Assembly (NCBI GenBank): GCA_965649265.1
Contig: CBFGKC010000010.1
Location: forward strand, 50,545 to 114,544
Direction: 5' to 3'
Source of the DNA: a candidate division WOR-3 bacterium
Lineage (GTDB): Bacteria > Hydrothermota > Tepidihabitantia > B3-TA06
Length of the DNA: 64,000 bases
Below are positions 29,534 through 38,047 of the stretch, piece by piece. The notes beneath the pieces are model-generated. The model saw nothing but the letters and a program-made list of their open reading frames with translations, had not been told where the DNA came from and did not search any database. How positions within the stretch are numbered: the first letter of the stretch is position 1; every line of letters starts with the position of its first letter. The translations under genes and the position numbers were made by a program.

Positions 29534-30542
29534 AAACGATCACACCTTTGTGATCATCCCGGACGGGACAAAAGAGCCCCGCCGCGTTTTCCTCTCCAAA
29601 AAGTTCTTGAACATAATCCTCTACGTCACACTAGTTCTTCTGGGCGCCGGATTCGTCCGCCTGTTCGTTTATGCAAAGGAACTCGTCGAGCTGCGCAGGG
29701 TAGCAGGTCCCATACTGGTCGAGAACCGCGACCTTCACCAGCGCAACAAGGCACTCATATCGCAGCGCAACGCCATCCAGTTTTCCAAAGACAGCATTTT
29801 GAACGAGATAGAGACCGAACGCGTGGCGCACGCCAAACGGTTGGCCGAGGTAACCGACGAACTTGAGAGACTTGAAAACTTCGTCACCGACCTCAAGATT
29901 CTTGCCGGCTACAAGCTGAGCAAGGAGGACGCCGAAAAGCTGAAAGGCCAAAACACCGGCCAGTCGGGCCAGGACGGACAGGGCGGCCCCGACATATCAC
30001 CCGACGCGTATCTCGAAGGACTGACCACAAAACCGACGAAAGACACTCTAAAGTCGAGCATAGACAGCCAGGCCGAGTCGCTCGCCGACAGGCTCAGGGA
30101 CAAGCGCGACGCTCTCAAGGATTTGAGGAACTTCCTCGAGCGCAAGGCGACGCTTCTGGAGGGACGACCAATAGGCTGGCCCATGGTCGGCGTTGTCACG
30201 TCGGAGTTCGGTCCCCGCAACGGCGAATTTCATCCCGGGTTCGACATAGCCAACGTCATCGGCACTCCCATCTTCGCGACAGGCGACGGAGTCGTTACCT
30301 TCCGGGGTTACGTCGGAACTTACGGCAACATGATCGAGGTCGATCACGGCAAGGGATTCACAACCCTTTACGCGCACCTTTCGCGCTATGCCATAGCACT
30401 CGGTGACAGGATCGAGCGCGGCGATTTGATCGGGTATTCGGGCAACACGGGCCGGACGACCGGGCCGCACCTTCACTACGAGGTGCACGTCAACGGCGTG
30501 CCCGTCAACCCCCGCCCCTACCTGGAAAAGACCGCCGAGTAG
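29526..30542 (+). CDS. M23 family metallopeptidase with N-terminal TM helix and coiled coil
   Basis: HPGFD, TLYAHL, SGNTGRTTGPHLHYEV. Confidence 0.92.
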   Translation: MIKNDHTFVIIPDGTKEPRRVFLSKKFLNIILYVTLVLLGAGFVRLFVYAKELVELRRVAGPILVENRDLHQRNKALISQRNAIQFSKDSILNEIETERVAHAKRLAEVTDELERLENFVTDLKILAGYKLSKEDAEKLKGQNTGQSGQDGQGGPDISPDAYLEGLTTKPTKDTLKSSIDSQAESLADRLRDKRDALKDLRNFLERKATLLEGRPIGWPMVGVVTSEFGPRNGEFHPGFDIANVIGTPIFATGDGVVTFRGYVGTYGNMIEVDHGKGFTTLYAHLSRYAIALGDRIERGDLIGYSGNTGRTTGPHLHYEVHVNGVPVNPRPYLEKTAE

Positions 30543-30669
30543 GGCGCTGCCCCCCCGGGGAAGTCTGCATGAAATCCGGCGAAGGATTCAAAAAAAGCAT
30601 GGAGGCTAAAGTCTTTAACCAGTGGAGAATTCTTTCAAAAACTCTGGCGAAAAGTTGAGGTCTTAGTCA

Positions 30670-31068
30670 ATGGTGATTGTTTCTGCATGTCTCCTGGGGG
30701 TTCGAACGAGATACGACGCAGGAAAACTGGCAATCCCGGAACGAGTACGCCGGCTCATTGAGGAGGGGGAGGGGGTGATCCCGGTCTGTCCCGAACAGCT
30801 GGGAGGTCTGCCTACCCCACGGGCTAAAAGCCAGGTGCGCTGGGCCGGGGATTCGCCCACCGTCGTGAACGATCGCGGCAAGGACGTTACTGTCGAGTTT
30901 TTGAAAGGCGCGGCCGAGGTTTTGAGGATAGCGGAGACCCTGGGGATAAGGAAGGCTATTTTCAAGTCGCGCTCGCCTTCGTGCGGTCTGGATGGGGTCA
31001 CGACGAAACTATTAAAGGCGCAGGGAATCGAGATCGAGATTGTGGATGCGGAGAAGGAACATTCATAG
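30670..31068 (+). CDS. DUF523 / 2-thiouracil desulfurase family protein
   Basis: VSACLLGVRTRYD, PVCPEQLGGLPTPR, KSRSPSCG. Confidence 0.9.
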   Translation: MVIVSACLLGVRTRYDAGKLAIPERVRRLIEEGEGVIPVCPEQLGGLPTPRAKSQVRWAGDSPTVVNDRGKDVTVEFLKGAAEVLRIAETLGIRKAIFKSRSPSCGLDGVTTKLLKAQGIEIEIVDAEKEHS

Positions 31069-31134
31069 GAGGTGTGAGATCTCTTCGAAAATCATACATT
31101 TAACATAGTATAGGCATTAATTGTCTTTGAATAA

Positions 31135-31572
31135 TTAATTGCTTGTTGTTGAACGGAACCTATGGTATTCCTTTAAGGCTTGAATCACTTTCTGGTCTTT
31201 TGAGCGTGTATCTAGTATGTGAACTACTTCACTTGCCACTTTAACCCAGCCTAAAGCCGTTTTAGATTGTTCAGGATTTGGATTGCGAAGGAAATAATCC
31301 GCTTGTTTTCGTATTTCGTGAAGATTCTCAAGGTCTCCTTTTGCTTTCTTCATTGCACTATCACCACTACGATTAAGATATTCTCTAACTATTGGATGCT
31401 TTTCAGGTCCACCCATAATACGAATCTCCATACCTGCAAGAATTTCAATAGCCACATTATACGCTGCATAATATGCACGGCTAATAGCAGTCCGGCATCT
31501 CGCCGGTGACGGTTTGTTTGTTGCTTCCTGGGAGAGAGTATAGGCAAGAGAACAGAAATCCCTTGGGTCCAT
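31135..31572 (-). CDS. HEPN domain protein
   Basis: RTAISRAYYAAYN...H...LHEIRKQADY. Confidence 0.8.
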   Translation of the reverse strand: MDPRDFCSLAYTLSQEATNKPSPARCRTAISRAYYAAYNVAIEILAGMEIRIMGGPEKHPIVREYLNRSGDSAMKKAKGDLENLHEIRKQADYFLRNPNPEQSKTALGWVKVASEVVHILDTRSKDQKVIQALKEYHRFRSTTSN

Positions 31573-31586
31573 TCAGTATACCGTGC

Positions 31587-32072
31587 TTAAGTAATATTGA
31601 AAATCAAGCGTAATTTATCGGAATCCGATTCCTGGATATTTTTTGCCCACTTCCTAGTGCATGCGTGGTATTGGTCAACAATCTCGTCAACTTCACCTTG
31701 AACAGTAACATCAAAAACCACAACGATTTCACCTGTTTCCGGATCCGGGCTCAAGTGAATGTCTAGTTCCTTAATATGCAAGAAGCTGTCTTGGATGATC
31801 CCATGCACCTTATGGAGGGAATCAAGGAGTTTTTCATTTTCACAGAACCCCTTAACTTCAGATGATAAGGCATACCATGATCGGGTATCGGTAAAAATCA
31901 ACGTTTCCTCATCGGAGTATTCTTGCTTTAAAGGATTGGGGAAGATATAGCTATCTTTATTGGTGGTTATAGTATTTTTTTCACCTACCCCCATCAGCAA
32001 TATCAATGTTGGGTCTTGACTCTGATATTGTTTCTCTCTTACAAATGGCGCAGTCTCTGGAGACATTCTCAC
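31587..32072 (-). CDS. AT-rich hypothetical protein
   Basis: 161-aa ORF in tight operon between the DUF6941-like and HEPN genes; LSPDPE motif. Confidence 0.6.
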   Translation of the reverse strand: MRMSPETAPFVREKQYQSQDPTLILLMGVGEKNTITTNKDSYIFPNPLKQEYSDEETLIFTDTRSWYALSSEVKGFCENEKLLDSLHKVHGIIQDSFLHIKELDIHLSPDPETGEIVVVFDVTVQGEVDEIVDQYHACTRKWAKNIQESDSDKLRLIFNIT

Positions 32073-32076
32073 CTTC

Positions 32077-32484
32077 CTAGGTTGTTGTCGGTATTTTTAC
32101 TACTGGAAGAACCCTTGAAGCAATTACTTCACCATCAATAATGGCCTCAACCGAGTAGTCTCCCGGTTGTTCGAACGGAATTCCTAACAAAACAAAATTT
32201 GCATTGATGTTAGGTGCCTTGCTTTGAGAGTCATAGGGGCCGCCGTTCTCAACAATTTGTCTTCCATTGGGATCCTTTATGGCTATTTTAATACTTGTGG
32301 GCGTCTTTTCAATGTCCGTTAACTCAAAGAACACATGCATGCGGCTGTGAATAATGGGAAAAACGTGGCTGACTATTTGCTGGAATAATCCAATCAAAGT
32401 CAATTTCTGAGTGTTCACGTCTTGAATAACCATTTCGCAGAAAAAAATTTCTCTGAACTTTATCTGAGGCTTCATACTTCCCAT
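32077..32484 (-). CDS. DUF6941-like beta-rich protein
   Basis: CEMVIQD...KLTLIGLF...FP...DPNG...IPFEQPGDYSVEAIIDG; TTGACA-16-TATAAT promoter. Confidence 0.65.
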   Translation of the reverse strand: MGSMKPQIKFREIFFCEMVIQDVNTQKLTLIGLFQQIVSHVFPIIHSRMHVFFELTDIEKTPTSIKIAIKDPNGRQIVENGGPYDSQSKAPNINANFVLLGIPFEQPGDYSVEAIIDGEVIASRVLPVVKIPTTT

Positions 32485-32583
32485 AAAGGATTATAAAATT
32501 ATTCATGACGTTGTCAACTCAGGACTGATGCATTTACTCTGTGTAACCTAAGAAGACGCTTTGCAAACGGTTTGTTTCCGTTC

Positions 32584-33243
32584 TTATCTCTCGTGCCTGA
32601 GGACGTGTATCTCGGTAGCGGCAGGAAGGGTCGAGGAGGTAATTTCGATGAAAGTGGAGTCGGACTTGTGCACGTTGGTCTTACCCGCAATGAACGGCTC
32701 CACGCCGGTCACGGGAAAGTCGAGTGCCTCTGTCTTGAAGTGCATGGGAAGGACTATTGAAGGTTTGATGAGGTCTGAAAGCGCCGTCGCTTCCTTTGCG
32801 TCGATGGTGTAGTAGCCGCCGACCGGGATCATGAGCACGTCAATCCGGCCCAGTTCCGCGAGCTGCGCATCGGAAAGAACGTGTCCGAGGTCACCGAGGT
32901 GGCAAATGCGCAGTCCTTCGACTTCTATGACGAACACGACGTTTTGCCCGCGTTTTGAGCCCCCGGCCTCGTCGTGACAGGTATCGATGCCCTTAAGTGT
33001 GAATCCCCGCACCTCTGCGGCACCGCTCTCACGAATAACCACCCCCCCGGGTTCGGGAAGTGCTGCAACCCCGTCGTGATCGGGATGACCGTGGCTGACG
33101 GTGATGACGTCGGCCTTTGCTTCTATGGGCTTGTAGCGCAAAGTGCCGGCATAAGACCCGGAGTTATAGGGATCGGTTAAAAGTTTACGGCCATCCGACG
33201 TCTCTATGAGAAACGCCGAATGACCAAGCCAGTGTATCTTCAT
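32584..33243 (-). CDS. MBL-fold metallo-hydrolase
   Basis: WLGHSAFLI, SHGHPDHD, HLGDLGH, IPVGG, LPMHF. Confidence 0.92.
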   Translation of the reverse strand: MKIHWLGHSAFLIETSDGRKLLTDPYNSGSYAGTLRYKPIEAKADVITVSHGHPDHDGVAALPEPGGVVIRESGAAEVRGFTLKGIDTCHDEAGGSKRGQNVVFVIEVEGLRICHLGDLGHVLSDAQLAELGRIDVLMIPVGGYYTIDAKEATALSDLIKPSIVLPMHFKTEALDFPVTGVEPFIAGKTNVHKSDSTFIEITSSTLPAATEIHVLRHER

Positions 33244-33260
33244 TTCGCCCCCCCTTGGAA

Positions 33261-33518
33261 TTATTCGGCCGGAACTACAAGAACGCGCTTCTTGGTCTTG
33301 GAGACGTACTCGAATTTGACCACACCGTCGGCAAGGGCAAAAAGCGTGTCATCGGAAGCGCGGCCTACGTTGCGGCCCGGCTGAATCTTCGTTCCACGCT
33401 GGCGAATGATGATCTCGCCGGTCTTTACGACCTGGGAGGCGTAGCGCTTTACGCCTAATCTTCTTCCGGCGCTGTCGCGGTTGTTCTTCGCAACACCGCC
33501 GCCTTTCTTGTGAGCCAT
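33261..33518 (-). CDS. rpmA: 50S ribosomal protein L27
   Basis: MAHKKGGG...[11 protein letters not shown]...IIIRQRGTK...DDTLFAL. Confidence 0.97.
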   Translation of the reverse strand: MAHKKGGGVAKNNRDSAGRRLGVKRYASQVVKTGEIIIRQRGTKIQPGRNVGRASDDTLFALADGVVKFEYVSKTKKRVLVVPAE

Positions 33519-33594
33519 AAATTTCCTCCAAATTACATTATTTGCTTAGGACAGAAGAGAAGTTTACCTACGATTCAGGCAATGTCAAACCTGA

Positions 33595-33626
33595 AAAAAG
33601 TGGCGGCAAAGCATGCCGCCACTTTT
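33595..33626. terminator. Rho-independent terminator of the S8 peptidase gene (bidirectional shape)
   Basis: AAAAAGTGGCGGCA-AAGCA-TGCCGCCACTTTTT. Confidence 0.8.
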
Positions 33627-33644
33627 TAAAAATGTCTAGATTGA

Positions 33645-35858
33645 CTAATGTAAAACGACGAACTTGGTTCCGCAGGAGCATCCGGAGGAGCTGAGCCTGG
33701 CAAAGTAGCAACCTGCGGGAAGATGCTCCGGGCCCAAATCAATGTACCCTTTGGCATTAGTAAGTAGATTACTAACAACACGGCGCCCCGAAGCATCGAA
33801 AATATCGAGTTGCCCTTGAGATAAAGGTATAGCGTAGTTAACAAGAATGTCTTTATTGCTGACGACCCTGATCGACAGTGATGGGATATTGCTGGATGAG
33901 TTCTCGTCTATACCCGATCTCGAATACAACTCTCTTTTTTTGCCAAGTACCTTATATTCGATTGCAATATTGGAAGGAAGCCGCGGAACGTAGCAAAGAT
34001 AATTAGCGTAACTTGTGTCGTATTTGGGGGAAATGATTGTGTCTATGAGTACAACACCATAAACATAGGTTTCGTAGGTTGCGTATCCCGATGTAACCTC
34101 CGATACCCCGACCCATGGATACGCATCACAAGGATTTTCATTCTTTATGCCCGGTGATAGTTTCAAGATACGCCCCCAGGTCCACGGAGGATCCACGTAA
34201 GGATGCTGTGCATCAAAAGTTACTGTTCCTGTCAGATGAGAAACATAGCAACTGTAGAGACCTGCTTTTATACTATGTATCTGTCCGGTCGGATAAACCT
34301 GTCCAGTAACATTTCGAGTAAAGGTTATGTTACACCAACTTCCGCCTATCGAACTCATATTTGATACACTTCCGCCACTGAGTTCATAAGGCTCTTGTAG
34401 GTGACTGAGAGCCTTATATGCATCTACGCAACCGTAGCCCGTCATTGGGTCCCATCCTGAATTACACCACTCGGGATGTTCTGTGTCATATGTAATGTCC
34501 CTTGCTGATGCCTCCATAATCCGTTTACAGTCTACGTCTTCAAGTTGATAGCCTCTTTCCAAAGCTTGTGAATAGATCAACGCACCAACACCTGCTGCAC
34601 AAGGAGCAGCCATTGATGTTCCTGCTTTATATCCATAATAGTCTTCCGGTACCGTTGTGGACCAGATTTGGGTCGCGGGCAAACCTGAGCCTCCGGGTGC
34701 GACAAAAGATAGTTCAGGACCCCAAGAGGACCCACCGATACCGTCTACTCTTAAACCGGAAATGTCCATTGCTCCAACAGCACAGCAGATATCGTACTTT
34801 GCAAATATCGCCGGGATTGAAATATCCGAATAACCACAGTTACCATGGTTGCCTGCTGCGAAGAAAAGGGTTGCACCTGATGCAAACGCTTCAGCGCAAG
34901 CTTCAAAAAGATCTTCGAAATAGACTACGTCTGAAGGATCAGGCGGGTTAGTTTCATCCCAACCGAAACCGCCGGTAATAATATCTGCCCCGCTATACAT
35001 TGCCCATTCTATAGCTTGCATGGAGCTAAGAACATTTTCTCCATTTTCGTCACCGATTTTTGCCGATATCAAGCTTACGGCCTCGCCATTCCAGCCGCCC
35101 GCCACACCAGCCATACCGTGACCGTTCCAGGGGCTATTCCCGTTATTCGTTGCAGCTGCGGCGATGCCGGTCACATGGGATCCGTGCCCTGCATAATCGC
35201 CTGTTGTGATATCTTGAGTTCCATACGGACCGTCCCAAAGGTATTTGTTTGTGGGGTTGTCAAAAATCCGGCCATAGAACTCTGTTCCGATTGCATTGTA
35301 ATGCTGCGGCGCTAAACCTGCATCAACAACAGCCAGCGTTACGTTATGATTACCCGTTTGGATATCCCAAGCCTCCGGGGCATTTATATCACAAAGGGGA
35401 GATGTTGTGTTGTTTAAGCCCCATTGTAAGCTGAAATCGGGATCGTTTGGCGTACTTAAGAAAACGCCTATAAAGTTGGGGCCTGCATAGATAACACCAG
35501 GCAACTTCATAAATTCATCCGCAACCTTTCTCATATCAAGATCTTTGTCCATCTCTAAGGAATAAACACTGGACAGATGACTCGTAACATCGCAGTATTT
35601 ATAGACCCGTTCGACTGTCTGCGTTTTAAAATGCTGCAACGCTGAAGCAATGCCCGAATTGTTTATCGTTACTTGCGAGATAGGTACTTTATTAGTACCG
35701 GAAGTTTCAATCAGGCCAGGTTGAAACTTGATTATCAGTTGACCGGGTACATACTTGGCTTTTGTTGTTCCTGCAAGAAGTAAACTGGAAGTCAACATAA
35801 TTGCAGAAATTATTATAGCCATCATAGTTTGTTTGTTGGGTTTCACTGTTTCCTCCAT
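33645..35858 (-). CDS. S8 (subtilisin-like) serine peptidase with T9SS-like C-terminal domain
   Basis: AVVDAG, GHGSHVTGI, AAGN, GTSMAAP; IFDASGRRV...LPAGCYFARL. Confidence 0.92.
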   Translation of the reverse strand: MEETVKPNKQTMMAIIISAIMLTSSLLLAGTTKAKYVPGQLIIKFQPGLIETSGTNKVPISQVTINNSGIASALQHFKTQTVERVYKYCDVTSHLSSVYSLEMDKDLDMRKVADEFMKLPGVIYAGPNFIGVFLSTPNDPDFSLQWGLNNTTSPLCDINAPEAWDIQTGNHNVTLAVVDAGLAPQHYNAIGTEFYGRIFDNPTNKYLWDGPYGTQDITTGDYAGHGSHVTGIAAAATNNGNSPWNGHGMAGVAGGWNGEAVSLISAKIGDENGENVLSSMQAIEWAMYSGADIITGGFGWDETNPPDPSDVVYFEDLFEACAEAFASGATLFFAAGNHGNCGYSDISIPAIFAKYDICCAVGAMDISGLRVDGIGGSSWGPELSFVAPGGSGLPATQIWSTTVPEDYYGYKAGTSMAAPCAAGVGALIYSQALERGYQLEDVDCKRIMEASARDITYDTEHPEWCNSGWDPMTGYGCVDAYKALSHLQEPYELSGGSVSNMSSIGGSWCNITFTRNVTGQVYPTGQIHSIKAGLYSCYVSHLTGTVTFDAQHPYVDPPWTWGRILKLSPGIKNENPCDAYPWVGVSEVTSGYATYETYVYGVVLIDTIISPKYDTSYANYLCYVPRLPSNIAIEYKVLGKKRELYSRSGIDENSSSNIPSLSIRVVSNKDILVNYAIPLSQGQLDIFDASGRRVVSNLLTNAKGYIDLGPEHLPAGCYFARLSSSGCSCGTKFVVLH

Positions 35859-36035
35859 TCTTTCGTTTTCTACCCACTCAATACTACACCTCCTACGCTT
35901 TCTCTTTCAATGTATTATTCGCCATGACCTCCTTTTAATTTTCATAATATAATATATCTTTTTTGAACTCTGTGTCAAGCCCCACACCCTCTCTGTGTCA
36001 AAAAGAAAAATGTTCGATGCTACTGAAGACCCATA

Positions 36036-36671
36036 TTACCAGGCTTCCGAATCCCTGACCTTTGGAGCGGGGCCGACGACCTTTTCGAACTTTGCGACCC
36101 ATGCCTTCTCGCGCAGGGGGGCAAAATCCGGATCATCCCAGGCATGGGCGACGTCGAAGTCTATGCCCCTGGCGCCCTTTGCCTTGCGAAGGGATTCCAG
36201 AGCCTCCTCGTAGCGTCCGAGACGGGCGAGAGCGCAGGCCATGTTGTAATGACCGTCGGAGTCGGTGGAGAGTTCGATGACGCTTTCGGCGTCCTTTATT
36301 GCGGCCTCAAAAAGGCTTTTGGAGTACTGGGGACGCAGAGCGGCACCCATGTCTATGAGTGCTGCCGCCCGCTTGTCGCGGATGACGGGTATGTTGGGTT
36401 TTATATCCACCGCCTTGTCCAGTGCCTTTATTGCCTCTATGTAGCGACCCATTGCGCGGTAGGTTAGGCCGAGATCGTAATAGGCACGTGCAAAGTCGGG
36501 CTTCATCTTGATGGCTTTCTTGAACGCGCCGACCGCCTCCTCAAAGCGCCCGAGCTTTGCCAGAATCACTCCCCGGTTGTGATACGCGGTCGCATCGTCG
36601 GGGGTTTCGCGTATCACATCTTCAGCCGCCGCCAAGGCCTCCTCGTATCGTCTCTTGTGATCATCATCCAC
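36036..36671 (-). CDS. TPR repeat protein
   Basis: AYHNRGVILAKLGRFEEA, AYYDLG, YNMACALARLG...DPDFAPLR. Confidence 0.88.
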   Translation of the reverse strand: MDDDHKRRYEEALAAAEDVIRETPDDATAYHNRGVILAKLGRFEEAVGAFKKAIKMKPDFARAYYDLGLTYRAMGRYIEAIKALDKAVDIKPNIPVIRDKRAAALIDMGAALRPQYSKSLFEAAIKDAESVIELSTDSDGHYNMACALARLGRYEEALESLRKAKGARGIDFDVAHAWDDPDFAPLREKAWVAKFEKVVGPAPKVRDSEAW

Positions 36672-36938
36672 GATTGGTAACTCCTTTGTGAATTTTATTG
36701 GATTTTTCAGGACGTCTGAATGTAATTATAGCTGCCGGACGCGGCGCGTCAACCTTTTCTTTATTTCTACTTCTTCATTCGATAGAGAGGAGTCCCCAGG
36801 CGAAACAAGGTATTCGCCCGGGGCAAAAGGCCCGGGTACCCAAAAAGTTACCTTGCAGCTTTTTGGGGTGACACTCTTGACTAATTAACGATTCGGCATA
36901 TTATATTTATTAAGTAAACAACCAAAGGAGGACCCTAA

Positions 36939-37868
36939 ATGAAGAAAGTCCTGTTTTTAATGGCTCTTGCCATACCTGTAGCCTTCCTTGTGGCTGCAGA
37001 GCTCCCTGTAGACCACCTTTATACAACAACGACAACCGCGAACTCCACCCTGGCAATGCCCGACGAGTGGGATCTCGTTCTCGACGAAGCAGTGCCCACA
37101 GGTTTCGGTTTCAAGATGTCCGCTGGCGACCGCATGGGTGTCAAATTTACCCCGCCGAACTACCCGTTCACGATCAATGAAGCCGCCTATGCCCCAACGG
37201 GCTGGGGCGACGATCCCGACAACTGGAACGCCTCGTGCAAGCTTGTATTCTTCGCCGGTGGTGACACACCGGGCTCCACACTCGGATCAAAGGATGCCGC
37301 CGCAACCGAGCAGGGCAACTGGAACTGGTTCAGCGTTACGAGCCTCAATATGGTCATAAACTCGGGCAGCTTCTTCTTTGCCGTTGAGAACAAGGTAGAT
37401 GACAACCCCGGTCTGCTTCTGGACGGCGGAGCCCCGCTTCACCACGCATCGTGGATGTATACAATCTTCCAGGGCGAGACACAGCGCAAGTGGGCGGCCT
37501 ATGACAGCATAGACGCCGGTCTCACCAAGGCCCTCGGCGACACCGTTGACCTCATGCTCCGCATCAGGGGCGAGGCTGCCGGCATCGGCGAGGTAGAGCT
37601 AAAGCCCGACGTCGTGAGAATTGCACCCTCGGCGACCATACTCGCTTCGAACGGAACCGTCAATTACTACCTGCCTTCCGCCGGAATGGCCGACATAAGC
37701 CTGTGGGACGCATCCGGTCGTCTTGTAAGAACCCTTTATTCGGGTAACGCGGCCGCAGGCGAGCATTCCATTTCGTGGAACGCGCAAGGACTCGCAGGCG
37801 GAGCCTACTTTATACGCCTCAAGACGGCGACAGACGTCAAGGTAACAAAAATAGTTCTCGCCGACTGA
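36939..37868 (+). CDS. Secreted protein with T9SS/FlgD-like C-terminal domain
   Basis: AGGAGG SD; signal peptide; ISLWDASGRLVRTL...GAYFIRL. Confidence 0.8.
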   Translation: MKKVLFLMALAIPVAFLVAAELPVDHLYTTTTTANSTLAMPDEWDLVLDEAVPTGFGFKMSAGDRMGVKFTPPNYPFTINEAAYAPTGWGDDPDNWNASCKLVFFAGGDTPGSTLGSKDAAATEQGNWNWFSVTSLNMVINSGSFFFAVENKVDDNPGLLLDGGAPLHHASWMYTIFQGETQRKWAAYDSIDAGLTKALGDTVDLMLRIRGEAAGIGEVELKPDVVRIAPSATILASNGTVNYYLPSAGMADISLWDASGRLVRTLYSGNAAAGEHSISWNAQGLAGGAYFIRLKTATDVKVTKIVLAD

Positions 37869-37883
37869 AAAAGTTTTTAAGAG

Positions 37884-37913
37884 AAAAAAGCGGGCCCTGC
37901 GCCCGCTTTTTTT
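37884..37913 (+). terminator. Rho-independent terminator
   Basis: AAAAAAGCGGGC-CCTGC-GCCCGCTTTTTTT. Confidence 0.85.
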
Positions 37914-38047
37914 CTTGATTCCGGTAAGTGTTGACAAATAACGTTTGACGCATATCCTTAATCGGTTATGCAGGTTTTTCTGAGGAAAGCATTATTATTC
38001 AAACTGACTCCCTTTTTGGAGACGCGCTTAAGTACGGAGAACAACGC

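Noticed and set aside
36790-36860. Possible riboswitch (CCCCAGGCGAA...TTCGCCCGGGG hairpin and GCAAAAGGCCCGG)
   Set aside because: Does not match the c-di-GMP-I consensus well and lies upstream of the apparent TTGACT promoter of the next gene
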